A stretch of 64,000 nt of DNA from Armatimonadota bacterium (GCA_041690135.1 JAWLHY010000004.1:64001-128000); one strand, 5' to 3'; numbered from the stretch's first letter, positions 51,189 through 61,134 are shown. A program made the numbers and translations. The notes: generated by a model not told the origin, from the sequence alone.

Positions 51189-51593
51189 GTGGTCGAGCGG
51201 AGTTTCGTAATGGTTAAGCCGGACGGCGTCCGGCGGGCTCTGGTGGGCGAGTGCATCCGCCGCTTCGAACAGCGCGGTCTTCAGATCACCGCTCTCAAAA
51301 TGTTGACCCCGAGCCGCGAGCTCGCGGAGAACCACTACGGCGCGCACCGGGGAAAGCCGTTTTTTGACGGCGTGGTGGAGTTCATCAGCTCCGGGCGGGT
51401 CGTGGCCATGGTCGTGGAAGGTGAGAGCGCTATCGCGGCGATTCGCCAGATGGTCGGCGCGACTCGCCCGCTGGAAGCGGCGCCCGGCAGCATCCGCGGC
51501 GATTTCGCGCTGGACGTGGGCGAAAACATCATCCACGCCAGCGACGGACCGGAAACGGCCGCAGCCGAGATCCAGCTCTGGTTCGGCGAGTAG
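51189..51593 (+). CDS. ndk: Nucleoside diphosphate kinase
   Basis: [27 protein letters not shown]; AGGAG RBS. Confidence 0.97.
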   Translation: MVERSFVMVKPDGVRRALVGECIRRFEQRGLQITALKMLTPSRELAENHYGAHRGKPFFDGVVEFISSGRVVAMVVEGESAIAAIRQMVGATRPLEAAPGSIRGDFALDVGENIIHASDGPETAAAEIQLWFGE

Positions 51594-51616
51594 CTCGCCG
51601 GCCACCCACTGGTTCC

Positions 51617-51652
51617 GGAAACGGGGTGCGGCGCTTGCCGGACCCCGTTTCC
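51617..51652 (+). terminator. Hairpin after ndk
   Basis: ggaaacggggt ... accccgtttcc (11-bp stem). Confidence 0.5.
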
Positions 51653-51688
51653 ATTGTCAGTGGCGACCGGGCTATGAAAGGGAAAACC

Positions 51689-52984
51689 ATGCAGACTTCG
51701 ACCTCACGGTCGCTTTTCGAGCGCGCGTCCCGGATCATTCCGGGTGGGGTGAACAGCCCGGTCCGCGCGTTCAAGAGTGTCGGCGGCAACCCGCTGTTCA
51801 TTCAGCGAGCCTACGGATCCCGGCTCGTGGACGCCGACGGGAACGAGTACATCGATTACGTCGGCTCCTGGGGACCCATGATTCTCGGACATGCGCACCC
51901 GCGGGTCCTGGAAGCGGTCCACGCCGCGGTCGACCGGGGCACCAGCTACGGCGCGCCGACCGAACTGGAGGTGCAACTCGCCGAGAAAATCATATCCGCC
52001 GTGCCTTCCACGGAGGTGGTGCGCCTGGTCAACTCGGGCACCGAGGCGGTAATGTCGGCGATCCGGTTGGCGCGCGGGTTCACGGGACGGGAAAAAATCG
52101 TCAAGTTCAATGGCTGCTATCATGGCCACTCGGACGGCCTCCTCTCGAGTGCCGGATCCGGCCTGGCCACGCTGGGAATCCCGGATTGCCCCGGGGTGCC
52201 GGCATCGTTCGCCGCGTTGACGATCAGCGTGCCGTTCAACGACCCGGAGGCCGTGGAAGCCGTATTCCGCCAGGATGGCGATCAGATTGCCTGCGTCATC
52301 GTGGAGCCCGTCGCGGGCAACATGGGCTGTGTGCCGCCCGAGCCCGGCTTCCTCGAAGGCCTCCGCGAGGTCACCCAGCGGCACGGGGCGCTCCTGATTC
52401 TGGACGAGGTGATGACCGGCTTCCGGCTCGCCTATGGGGGCGCCCAGGCCCGGTTCGGAATCACCCCGGACCTCACCACCTTCGGCAAGGTCGTGGGGGG
52501 CGGTTTCCCACTGGCTGCCTACGGCGGGCGTCGTGACATCATGGAGAAAATGGCGCCGGCCGGACCCGTCTACCAGGCGGGAACCCTTTCCGGCAACCCC
52601 GTCGCGGTAAGCGCGGGATTGGCCCAACTGGACCTGCTGGAAGACGGTCAGGCCTACGAGATCCTGGAAGCGCGCGGCGCGCAACTGGAAGCCGGGCTCC
52701 GGACTGCGGCCCAGGAAGCCGGTATCCCCTGCACCGTCAACCGCGTGGGCAGCATGATCACCGGTTTCTTCACCGATCGCCCGGTGCGCAGCTATGAGGA
52801 CGCAAAGACCAGCGACACGGCGCGTTTCGGAACCTTCTTCCGCGCGATGCTCGAACGGGGAATCTACCTGGCGCCGAGCCAGTTCGAAGCCGCCTTCCTC
52901 AGCACTGCCCACAGCGAAGCGGATGTTGATAAGACCGTAATGGCCGCGCGGGAATGCCTGCAGGCGCTCGCCGCAGGAAGCTAG
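51689..52984 (+). CDS. hemL: Glutamate-1-semialdehyde 2,1-aminomutase
   Basis: [54 protein letters not shown]. Confidence 0.97.
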   Translation: MQTSTSRSLFERASRIIPGGVNSPVRAFKSVGGNPLFIQRAYGSRLVDADGNEYIDYVGSWGPMILGHAHPRVLEAVHAAVDRGTSYGAPTELEVQLAEKIISAVPSTEVVRLVNSGTEAVMSAIRLARGFTGREKIVKFNGCYHGHSDGLLSSAGSGLATLGIPDCPGVPASFAALTISVPFNDPEAVEAVFRQDGDQIACVIVEPVAGNMGCVPPEPGFLEGLREVTQRHGALLILDEVMTGFRLAYGGAQARFGITPDLTTFGKVVGGGFPLAAYGGRRDIMEKMAPAGPVYQAGTLSGNPVAVSAGLAQLDLLEDGQAYEILEARGAQLEAGLRTAAQEAGIPCTVNRVGSMITGFFTDRPVRSYEDAKTSDTARFGTFFRAMLERGIYLAPSQFEAAFLSTAHSEADVDKTVMAARECLQALAAGS

Positions 52985-53081
52985 CTCGGGGGCGGCTGGC
53001 CGACTCCGCCTGCTGCCCCATGAACGATGAGCCGTTCCGGTGCGCTCCAAGACGGACCGGAACCATCCTGGAGGAATTCCG

Positions 53082-53345
53082 ATGGCAAACGAACGGAAGT
53101 GGACTTACGAAGGACCGGCCTCTCCCCGGGACGCGAATGGCCAGACTTGCATCTTCTGCGGCAAGGCCCTGGTCGATGAGGCGCAGCCCGCGCGTTGGGT
53201 GGTGAAGGTGGACGAGGACTATGCGGACGCCGACTTTCCGACCGAGGTCGGTTACAGCCACCACGCCTGCGCGCAGGCCCACGGCGCCGAACAGCGCAAG
53301 AGCCGGTTCTCTCTTCCGGAAGTACCGGACCTACCGAAGCGATAG
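53082..53345 (+). CDS. Small putative zinc-finger protein
   Basis: GGAGG RBS; CIFC...HHAC; fills the gap between hemL and the next gene. Confidence 0.7.
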   Translation: MANERKWTYEGPASPRDANGQTCIFCGKALVDEAQPARWVVKVDEDYADADFPTEVGYSHHACAQAHGAEQRKSRFSLPEVPDLPKR

Positions 53346-53357
53346 CGAACGAGCAAC

Positions 53358-54263
53358 ATGACTAAGCCCCGAATTGGATTCATCGGCCTGGGCATCATGG
53401 GCAAGCCCATGTGCGCCAACCTGATCAAGGCCGGCTACTCCCTGACTGTGTGGAACCGCAGCCAGCCCGGTATCGATACCGTCGTTGGCTACGGCGCGAC
53501 GGCGGGTGAAAGCCCCGCCGACGTCGCCGCCAAGAGCGACATCATCATCACCATCGTCACCGACTCTCCGGATGTGGAGAAGGTGATCCTGGGACCAAAC
53601 GGCGTCCTCGAAGGTGTACAGCCAGGCTCCGTCGTCATCGACATGAGCACCATCTCCCCCTCGGTCACCCGGGAAGTCGCGGCCGCACTCCTGGAGAAGG
53701 ACGTGGAGATGCTCGACGCGCCGGTGAGCGGCGGCGACGTGGGCGCCAAGGCGGGCACGCTCTCGATCATGGTGGGCGGCAAAGACGAGGTCTTCGAGCG
53801 CTGCCTGCCCGTCTTCCAGGCGATGGGCAAGAACATCGTCCACATCGGCCCCAACGGCGCCGGGCAGACCTGCAAGCTCTGCAATCAGATCGCGGTAGCG
53901 GTCAACATGCTGGCCGGCTGCGAGGCGATCATGTTCGCCGCCAAGAACGGCATCGATCCGAAGAAGATGCTGGACGCCATCTCCGCGGGCGCTGCCGGCT
54001 CCTGGATGATCTCCAACCTGGGCCCCCGCATCGTGAACGGCGATTTTGCGCCCGGCTTCATGATCAAGCTCGCCCAGAAGGACCTCCGCCTGGTCCTGGA
54101 AACCGCGAACGAGATCCAGCTTCCCCTCCCCGGCACAGCCCTGATGAACCAGGTGTGGCGCGCCGTGGAAGCCGCGGGCGGCGGCGACCTGGGCACTCAG
54201 GCCGCCATCCAACCACTGGAGAAGTGGGCCGGGTTCGAGCTGCCCCGCCCGGACAGCGAGTAA
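53358..54263 (+). CDS. 2-hydroxy-3-oxopropionate reductase / beta-hydroxyacid dehydrogenase
   Basis: IGFIGLGIMG, DMSTI, DAPVSGG, LSIMVGG, KLCNQ, KDL. Confidence 0.92.
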   Translation: MTKPRIGFIGLGIMGKPMCANLIKAGYSLTVWNRSQPGIDTVVGYGATAGESPADVAAKSDIIITIVTDSPDVEKVILGPNGVLEGVQPGSVVIDMSTISPSVTREVAAALLEKDVEMLDAPVSGGDVGAKAGTLSIMVGGKDEVFERCLPVFQAMGKNIVHIGPNGAGQTCKLCNQIAVAVNMLAGCEAIMFAAKNGIDPKKMLDAISAGAAGSWMISNLGPRIVNGDFAPGFMIKLAQKDLRLVLETANEIQLPLPGTALMNQVWRAVEAAGGGDLGTQAAIQPLEKWAGFELPRPDSE

Positions 54264-54457
54264 CCTTACGGGTAGGGCTATCCAACCGATCACCAACGAC
54301 AAGACCCCGGTGCTCCCGCGCCGGGGTCACGTTTCCGTCCCCCGCTTACCCGGAAACCCTGTTCTGGAACGTAGCCCTGGATCGGCGGTGACTACCTCGT
54401 GCGTTCGGGCAGTCTGCCGCTTCCGCTGCCTTTCTGGTCAAACGGCGCAGGTCGTGA

Positions 54458-54777
54458 ACCCTTACGGAGTCCCGTCCACAGACGGTCAACTCGCGATCCT
54501 GGCTTCGGTTCCCGTCCTCGTCCATCGCGCGAAAGGCCGTCGTGCCGTGCAGCGTTCGCGATCCAGGCAAGAGTCATCAGACGGTCTGCTTGCTATCGCG
54601 GAGGCGGTTCCCCGCCAGGCTCAGCAGTTGCGGTCAGGAGAGCTTTTGCGAACCCGTGGGAGGATCCCTTCATCCAAACGCACAAGCCGCGGTCGTCGCA
54701 CTTCGTTCGCCCACCCGCGGCAGGATCCCGCCTCCAATCTCGCTAATCACCGCCAGAAGGCGGGACTCCGTAAAGGT
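54458..54777 (-). ncRNA. Candidate structured RNA (or MITE) defined by nested inverted repeats
   Basis: Closing stem 54462-54474/54761-54773 plus internal stems; no credible ORF; no family recognised. Confidence 0.3.
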
Positions 54778-55024
54778 ATCGGACCTTTCTCCGTTGAGAC
54801 AAGACCCCGTGATGACACCCTAGGGCTCCGTCGTTCCCGTTCCCGTACAGGCATCCTCTCTGATTCCGCATGCCCCGCACGCAACATCCTGCCGGTGAAA
54901 ATTCTCCAACCTCCCTGGAGATGCCCGCATTCAAGAGTGTGAAGCGGCGGGGAGGAAGTAGGGAGCCCCGTAAGCGAAGGACCCGACGGCGGGCTCGCCG
55001 TCCACAGGAGTCAGGAATACGCTG

Positions 55025-55735
55025 ATGCAGGATCCGGATCGATCGCTGCTGCGGGGTATCGAGCGGGGAGAAACCGCGGCGCTGGAGGCCCTGGCCCGGC
55101 ACTACGCGGCGCCCATCTATCGCTACCTGGTGCGCCTGTGCGGCGACGCGACCCTGGCGGAAGATCTGTCGCAAGAGGTCGCCGTCCAGATGTGGCGCGC
55201 CCTACCCGGACGGAATTTTCCAAATGCGCGGGCGCTGAACTCCTGGGTCTACACCGTCGCGACCAACGCCTACCGGATGCACGCGCGGCGCAAGCGGGCC
55301 GCGGAGATCCCCTGGGACAGCGAGCTCGACCTCCCTACCGGCGAGGAGAGTGACCCCAGTTATTCGGCCGAACGCCAGGACCTGGCCCGGCGCGTGCGGG
55401 CAGCCGTCGCATCACTGCCCGAAGCCGAACGCCAGGCACTCATGTTGAAGGCCTTCGGCGACTTGAAGTATCAGGACATCGCGCAGGCGACCGGAGAGCC
55501 GGTGGGTACCGTGAAATGGCGAATCTCACGGGCTTACGAACGACTGCGGCGCATCCTGCAACCCGGCGGCCAGGCCGGCGATTTGAATGAAGCAACTCGA
55601 GACTCGGGAGAGGTCCATGAACCTGTGCGAGCAACTGCGGCCGTATCTGGACGGCGAGATGAGCCTGCTGGGGCGCTGGCGCATGCAGCGTCACCTGCGG
55701 GCGTGTCCCGCCTGCTCAGCTCGAAAGGCCGCTGA
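55025..55735 (+). CDS. ECF RNA polymerase sigma factor
   Basis: AEDLSQEV, SWVYTVATN, LPEAERQAL..LKYQDIA..GTVKWRISRA. Confidence 0.92.
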   Translation: MQDPDRSLLRGIERGETAALEALARHYAAPIYRYLVRLCGDATLAEDLSQEVAVQMWRALPGRNFPNARALNSWVYTVATNAYRMHARRKRAAEIPWDSELDLPTGEESDPSYSAERQDLARRVRAAVASLPEAERQALMLKAFGDLKYQDIAQATGEPVGTVKWRISRAYERLRRILQPGGQAGDLNEATRDSGEVHEPVRATAAVSGRRDEPAGALAHAASPAGVSRLLSSKGR

Positions 55736-56579
55736 GACTTCGCTCCGGCCTCTGCTGGTCGGAGAGTTTACCGCGGATACCCCGGAGGAGCGCGCGGCCA
55801 TCGAGCGGGTCACGCAGTCCTGGCTGGCGGCTCTCCCGGAGCAGCCGGTGGGGGGAGCGCGTTCCGCGCGCCGACCCCGGACGCGCTCGTGGATGACGGC
55901 CTCCGTCGCGCTGGCCGGCGCCGCGTTCCTTCTCGCCGCGGGCCTGCTGACGGCGCCCACGCGCGCCCTGGCTGCCGTAGCCGACGCCATGGCGAAGGTG
56001 CCGCGTTTCCACGTGCGGATGGAGATCCCAGGCCTGCCCACGCGTTACGAGGCTTGGGGGGAGCGTGGGGTCGCCACGCGGGTTGAGGAGTGGGAGGGCG
56101 ATCAACGGACGGTCGTGGTGCTCGACGATGGCCACAAGCTGCGGCGCTATTACCCCGAGGAACAGATGCTCCGGGAGAGCGGCACGAAACTGGAAACGGT
56201 CTTCCGTCACGCCGCGAACTTCAACGCCAGCCGCATGCTAAGTGAAGCGGCGCGAGGTCGCCTCTTCGAAGGCCAGGAGTGGCTCGGAGAGGCGCGGGCC
56301 CGCGAGGTCGCGGAGGTCCACCGCGAGGGGCGCCGGCTTCGCAAGATCCGCGTCGACTTGAAAGACGGCTTCTTTGAAAAGATGATCGTCTACGCCGACG
56401 CGCGCACCGACCTGCTGGCCCGGGCCCACCTGTATACGGATAGCCGCTTGCCCGAAGAAGCACCCTTTGCCGTGGTCCGTTTCGACTACCCGGAGAATAT
56501 CGACCGCAACCTGTTCCGCCTCAAGACACCGCGCGGCACGCGGGTCCGCCAGACCGAAGCGGATCTCATGCTACCATAA
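55617..56579 (+). CDS. Zinc-finger (HxxxCxxC) anti-sigma factor with TM helix and LolA-like extracytoplasmic domain
   Basis: C..LRPYLDGE..HLRACPAC; TM segment; C-terminal FDYP..IDRNLF. Confidence 0.85.
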   Translation: MNLCEQLRPYLDGEMSLLGRWRMQRHLRACPACSARKAAETSLRPLLVGEFTADTPEERAAIERVTQSWLAALPEQPVGGARSARRPRTRSWMTASVALAGAAFLLAAGLLTAPTRALAAVADAMAKVPRFHVRMEIPGLPTRYEAWGERGVATRVEEWEGDQRTVVVLDDGHKLRRYYPEEQMLRESGTKLETVFRHAANFNASRMLSEAARGRLFEGQEWLGEARAREVAEVHREGRRLRKIRVDLKDGFFEKMIVYADARTDLLARAHLYTDSRLPEEAPFAVVRFDYPENIDRNLFRLKTPRGTRVRQTEADLMLP

Positions 56580-56582
56580 CGT

Positions 56583-57842
56583 ATGTCGAAACCGCTTCTG
56601 TTGGCCGCCGAGTGGATCCTCCCCGTCTCCGCGGGGCCGATCCGGGATGGGGTGGTCGCCATCGAAGGCGACCGGATTGCGTGGGTGGGAAGCCGCCGCG
56701 AACTTCCGTCTCGTTACCTGCAGGTGCTGCCGCGGGTTTTCCCCCGCGCCGTTATCCTCCCCGGCTGGGTCAACGCCCACAGCCACCTGAACCTCACCGC
56801 CGCGTTGGGCATGCTGCAAGGCAGCGCCGAACAGTTCGCGGATTGGATTCGGAGCGTCATCCGGCTGCAGCAGAGCCTGCCGGCGGAGATCGTCTCGCGG
56901 TCGGTACTGGCCGGCCTCGATCTCCTGGCCAGTACCGGAACCACCACCGTGGCCCATGTCTCCACGCTGCCGAACCTCGACCCGTTCCTCACGCACCCGA
57001 TGCGTTCCGTGGTCTTCCACGAGCCGATCGGCTTCTCCGCCGGACGGGCGCCGGATCTGATCCGGCAGGCCGAGGAGTGGCTCGAAGCGGCCGAGAACGC
57101 GATCCGGGCGGCTCGCAACCCCAGGATCACCCTCGGGCTGGCGCCACATTCTCCCTACTCCGCCTCCCCCCAGTTGATCCGAGGGGTCGTCCGGCTGGCG
57201 GAGATGCATCAACTCCCGTTGTCGGTCCACCTGGCGGAGACGCTCGCGGAAGCGGAGTTCGTGGCGACCGCGACCGGACAGCTGCGCGACCTGCTCGTGG
57301 AACGCGGTGCCTGGGAGCCGGCCTGGGCCCCTCCGGGTGTTTCGCCGGTGCGCTACCTCTATGACCTGGGAGTGCTCGCTCGGCCCGGCGTGGCCGCGCA
57401 CTGCAACTACCTCTCGGACGCGGACATCCGGCTGCTCGTCCAGGGGCAGTTGACGCCGACCTGGTGCCCGGGCAGCCATCGCTTCTTCGGGCACCACGAC
57501 CATCCCGCCGCACGGCTCATGGCGGCGCGGGCGCCGGTGGCGCTCGGGACAGATAGCCCCGCGAGTAACGTGGCTTTGAACATGCTGCACGAGGTCCGCC
57601 TGGCGGCGCAGGACCGCCCCGAAGTGGACCCTTCCGTCTGGATTCGATCCGCCACGCTCACGGCGGCGGAAGCACTGGGGTTGGGGGCCGTTACCGGATC
57701 GCTGGAGGCCGGAAAAGCCGCGGACCTGCAGGTGCTCGACGGTCTCCCCGAATCAGCGACGGACCCGCTCCCGCCCCTGTTCGAGGAGCGTTTGCGGGTC
57801 CGCCTGGTGCTGGTGGATGGAAGGGAAGTGCGGATCAAATAA
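56583..57842 (+). CDS. Amidohydrolase (aminodeoxyfutalosine/MTA deaminase-like)
   Basis: PGWVNAHSHL, APHSPYS, HLAE, LGTDSPASN, GSLEAGKAAD. Confidence 0.88.
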   Translation: MSKPLLLAAEWILPVSAGPIRDGVVAIEGDRIAWVGSRRELPSRYLQVLPRVFPRAVILPGWVNAHSHLNLTAALGMLQGSAEQFADWIRSVIRLQQSLPAEIVSRSVLAGLDLLASTGTTTVAHVSTLPNLDPFLTHPMRSVVFHEPIGFSAGRAPDLIRQAEEWLEAAENAIRAARNPRITLGLAPHSPYSASPQLIRGVVRLAEMHQLPLSVHLAETLAEAEFVATATGQLRDLLVERGAWEPAWAPPGVSPVRYLYDLGVLARPGVAAHCNYLSDADIRLLVQGQLTPTWCPGSHRFFGHHDHPAARLMAARAPVALGTDSPASNVALNMLHEVRLAAQDRPEVDPSVWIRSATLTAAEALGLGAVTGSLEAGKAADLQVLDGLPESATDPLPPLFEERLRVRLVLVDGREVRIK

Positions 57843-57867
57843 AGGGATCCGCGTTGTAGGATTGCAT

Positions 57868-58290
57868 TTACGACACCAGCCGCAGTTCTTGCGGTTGGTG
57901 GTCCCAGGCCCGGCGGCTCGTCAGGGCCCGATGGAGCGTGGCCAGAATGTCGGCCTCTCCCTGCGAACGGGGGATACACAGGTCGGCGCCGGCCGTCCAC
58001 CCCTTAACCAGTTCTTCCTGGCTGTTTCCGTCCGTGATCAGGATCACGGGCAGGTCTCGCGTGGCCTGCTGGCTGCGCAGGGCATCCAGCATCCGGTAGC
58101 CGTCCAGGACGGGCATATCCGTCACGGCGACCACCGCTTCCGGGCGCAGTTCGTGAGCTTTGAGCAAGCCCACGGCTCCGTTATCCGCGATCTCGATGTC
58201 CATCTCCAGGTGAGCGAGCCGGTGGGCCAGCCGCTCCGCCCGGTGTAAGTCCCCATCCACCAGCAGCAGTACGCCTCGTTGCCGGTGCAT
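57868..58290 (-). CDS. Single-domain atypical receiver protein
   Basis: REC fold (LLLVDGD, ADNG, DMPVLDG, LPVILIT, AGAD) with substituted active-site residues. Confidence 0.8.
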   Translation of the reverse strand: MHRQRGVLLLVDGDLHRAERLAHRLAHLEMDIEIADNGAVGLLKAHELRPEAVVAVTDMPVLDGYRMLDALRSQQATRDLPVILITDGNSQEELVKGWTAGADLCIPRSQGEADILATLHRALTSRRAWDHQPQELRLVS

Positions 58291-58618
58291 CTGTAACCCT
58301 CGTTGATATAGATTTAGGCGGATGACGCTACTCATTGCCGGAATGCTCCGGTTCTTTGGTGTGCCCATTTTTGTCCCGCCGGGAGGCCGGTATCGCCTGT
58401 TGGACGAACCGGAACGCCGGAAGGTTCGGGTGGATATTAGCGTTGCTGTTAAGGTGAGCACTCCCACGCCACAAGGTATATACGGCCTTCCGCCGGAATC
58501 CGAAAGCCCCAATTACGACGGATTGTCAGACTTTTCAAGAAATTAGCTTAAGCCGACACCGGTTTCCCCAGTCTCTCCGCCTCCTAACCCGGCGTAGCCG
58601 GAACCAAGGGGAAAACGG

Positions 58619-58896
58619 CGTCATTGCGAAGGAGCCTTAGCGACTGCGGCAATCCCCCTGTGCACTGCGCCGCCGCATTCGCCACCCTTCGCCCGCTTTG
58701 CAGAATCCGCTGCGAAACTCCGGGCCGGAGGGCGACCTCCGGGGAACGAAACCCGCTGCGGTCACCAGGGGGATTGCCCTATGCTACGCCGGGTAAACTC
58801 GCGCCCCGCAGAGGGCGGACCTCGCACCCGCAAGCGACACCCACCCAAGCACGGCACGCTTACCTACCGACGGTTCGGTCGGGGCTCGCAATGACG
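58619..58896. mobile_element. REP/MITE-like palindromic element of the GTCATTGCGA...GCAATC...GATTGC...TCGCAATGAC type
   Basis: Terminal IR cgtcattgcga/tcgcaatgacg (11 bp); inner IR ggcaatccccctg/cagggggattgcc (13 bp, 58648-58660/58766-58778). Confidence 0.75.
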
Positions 58897-59037
58897 TGCG
58901 TTACCTTTCCGTAGCTACTCCACTTGCGCGCTTGGAGAGCAGAAGTGAACTGGCGAGAAACTCTCATCCCCGACAACACCCACCAATACCTCCCTCATCC
59001 TTCCGAAATCCTCATCCGCCGCAGGCCCGTCATCCTT

Positions 59038-59085
59038 CCTCATCCTCATCCTCATCCTCATCCTCATCCTCATCCTCATCCTCAT
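59038..59085. repeat. Microsatellite (CCTCAT) x8
   Basis: Read directly; cctcatccgccgcaggc is also duplicated at 59011 and 59080. Confidence 0.9.
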
Positions 59086-59150
59086 CCGCCGCAGGCACAG
59101 GAGGGATCTCACCCCATCCTGCCACACTCTAAGCGGGATAGGGGGCGAGG

Positions 59151-60146
59151 ATGCGCTGGCAGTGGTGGGGTGTTTTCGGATGCATAACCGGCAGCCTGGC
59201 GTTAGCAGGTGGGAGCTCCTGGCTGCCATGGCGGGGACGGGTACCCGCGGGCACGGCCGTGGCGGCACAGCCCGCCTCCGCCCGCATAGTGGAGAAGCTG
59301 CCGGTCCGCTTGGTGGCCGTGGGAGACCTGATGCTGGGCAGCGCCGGCCGCAGCTCCGCCCTCGCCCGTTCTCCCCGGTCGCTGTTCACCCGTCATCGCG
59401 GCCGGATCCAGGGAGCGGATCTCGCTTTCGGCAACCTGGAGACCCCGCTCTCGGAGCGCGGCACGCCGACTCCCGGCAAGAGTAAGGAGAGCCTGCGGAA
59501 GCGGACCAACTTCCTCTTTCGCGCCCCGACCGCAGCCGCGGAAGGCCTGGCGTGGGCCGGCTTCGACGTAGTTTCTCTGGCGAACAACCATGCCATGGAC
59601 TACGGCGCCGTCGCCCTGGAGGATACACTGGACTGCCTGCGAGAGGCCGGGGTACACGCGGTGGGTGGGGGTCCCGACCGGGAGGCCGCCCTGGCGCCGG
59701 TGATCCTGGAAAGGAACCACCAGCGCTTCGCCTTCATCGGTATCTCCGATGTCTTACCCCTGTACAGCGCCGCCGGCGAGCACACGCCGGGTGTGGCACC
59801 GGGCCGCGGCGCCTGGTTCGAAGAACGGATGCCCGAAGCCATCGCCGCAGCCAAACAGCAGGCCGATTGGATCCTCGTTTCGGTGCACTGGGGAAGGGAG
59901 AAATTCACCGGCGCAACCGAGAAACAGAAGCGCCTGGGGCACCGCCTGGTGGACTGGGGCGCGGATGTCGTTATCGGACACCACACCCACGTTCCCGGCC
60001 CCGTTGAGCATTACGGCGACGGGATTATCCACTACAGCCTGGGGAACTTCATTGGCCCCCGCTCGCGCAGGGCCCCCGCCCCCGCCTGGGAGGTGGTCTT
60101 CCGACCCGGCGAGCGGCCGACGGAACGCACGTTGATGCTCCCGTAG
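59151..60146 (+). CDS. CapA-family (PGA_cap) metallophosphoesterase-like protein
   Basis: VGDLML, NLETP, SLANNHAMDYG, HWG.E, GHHTHV, YSLGNF. Confidence 0.92.
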   Translation: MRWQWWGVFGCITGSLALAGGSSWLPWRGRVPAGTAVAAQPASARIVEKLPVRLVAVGDLMLGSAGRSSALARSPRSLFTRHRGRIQGADLAFGNLETPLSERGTPTPGKSKESLRKRTNFLFRAPTAAAEGLAWAGFDVVSLANNHAMDYGAVALEDTLDCLREAGVHAVGGGPDREAALAPVILERNHQRFAFIGISDVLPLYSAAGEHTPGVAPGRGAWFEERMPEAIAAAKQQADWILVSVHWGREKFTGATEKQKRLGHRLVDWGADVVIGHHTHVPGPVEHYGDGIIHYSLGNFIGPRSRRAPAPAWEVVFRPGERPTERTLMLP

Positions 60147-60149
60147 CCG

Positions 60150-60620
60150 TCACGGCTTCTTCAGTACCAGGCGCCCTTTCATCGCGGTAGCTACATAAAC
60201 GGTCCCGGGAGCGCCCGGAAGACTCACTTTCTCACCCGGCAGTTTCTGGCGGCGCACCTCGAGCGAGCCGTCCGGACGCAGGGGAACAAACAATTTGGGA
60301 GCCGCGCGGTACTGGGCGTGCCCGCACTCCGGACCGTGCGTGTGAGCTTCCGCGACAGCGACTGCCGGCTTACGGGCCGCCTTCGGCGTGGGCTTGACCT
60401 TAGCAATTGGTTGAGCCGGGATGGGGAACTGTACCGCGACCATCCCGTCGCGGGAGCCAACCCCCAGGCTGCGCAGTGTCGCTTTGGAGAGCCGCAGCAC
60501 ACCTTTTCGGTCCACGGTGATCCGAGCGGAGCGGGCGGCGGCGGCCGGCCCAGCGACTCCGGCCAACAGCCCGAGCCCGGCACTTAAGCAAAGGTACTGA
60601 CGGAAAGTGGATACGTTCAT
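60150..60620 (-). CDS. Secreted basic hypothetical protein
   Basis: Signal peptide; internal H-T-H-G-P-E-C-G-H motif. Confidence 0.6.
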   Translation of the reverse strand: MNVSTFRQYLCLSAGLGLLAGVAGPAAAARSARITVDRKGVLRLSKATLRSLGVGSRDGMVAVQFPIPAQPIAKVKPTPKAARKPAVAVAEAHTHGPECGHAQYRAAPKLFVPLRPDGSLEVRRQKLPGEKVSLPGAPGTVYVATAMKGRLVLKKP

Positions 60621-60681
60621 CTCATGCTGTCGAACGCAAAGCCGAACTTCCTGAGTTCCCGCGGCGGGATATCATACGCGT

Positions 60682-61134
60682 ATGAAACTATCGGATGACG
60701 AACGTGAACTGTTGCTGGCGGAGGTCGCCCAGGCGCTCGACCAGGTCCGAAGTCCTGAGTTGAAAGTGGCCTATGGAGAACTGCTGACGGCGGCCGATCA
60801 GGGCGAGATCGGAGAGGACCTCCAGGAGCCGCTCCAGAACCTGTTAGAGATCGGACTGGAGAGCGGACGGATTCGCAAGATTCACACCGCTCACGGCGAG
60901 ATGGCTGCCCTGCGCGTTTTCCAGCGGACCCCGCGAGGGCGAGCGCTGGCAGCCTCGGCTTCCGAAGTGAACGAGGCACTGAAAGCCCTTCAGGGCCAGG
61001 TCCTGGAGGAGATTTCCGTGTCCGCCAGCGGTCCCGGAGTTTTCTCCTTTTCGGTGGGGACGGACCAGGGACGCCTCCTGATTCGGGTCAGCCGCCACGG
61101 CGTCCGCCTCCAGAGCGTGGAAGTCGGCGGATAA
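60682..61134 (+). CDS. Hypothetical protein
   Basis: 150-aa ORF with protein-like composition (amphipathic helices, C-terminal beta strands). Confidence 0.75.
   Translation: MKLSDDERELLLAEVAQALDQVRSPELKVAYGELLTAADQGEIGEDLQEPLQNLLEIGLESGRIRKIHTAHGEMAALRVFQRTPRGRALAASASEVNEALKALQGQVLEEISVSASGPGVFSFSVGTDQGRLLIRVSRHGVRLQSVEVGG

Noticed and set aside
54574-54580. CUGAUGA on the minus strand as a hammerhead ribozyme core
   Set aside because: No stem II followed by GAAA at the required position.
54310-54942. 210-aa ORF in the gap between the dehydrogenase and ECF sigma genes
   Set aside because: Arg/Ser/Pro-rich, no RBS or recognisable domain.
58924-59187. Poly-His-Pro peptide ORF
   Set aside because: Only a translation of the CCTCAT tract; TTG start, no RBS, overlaps the next gene.
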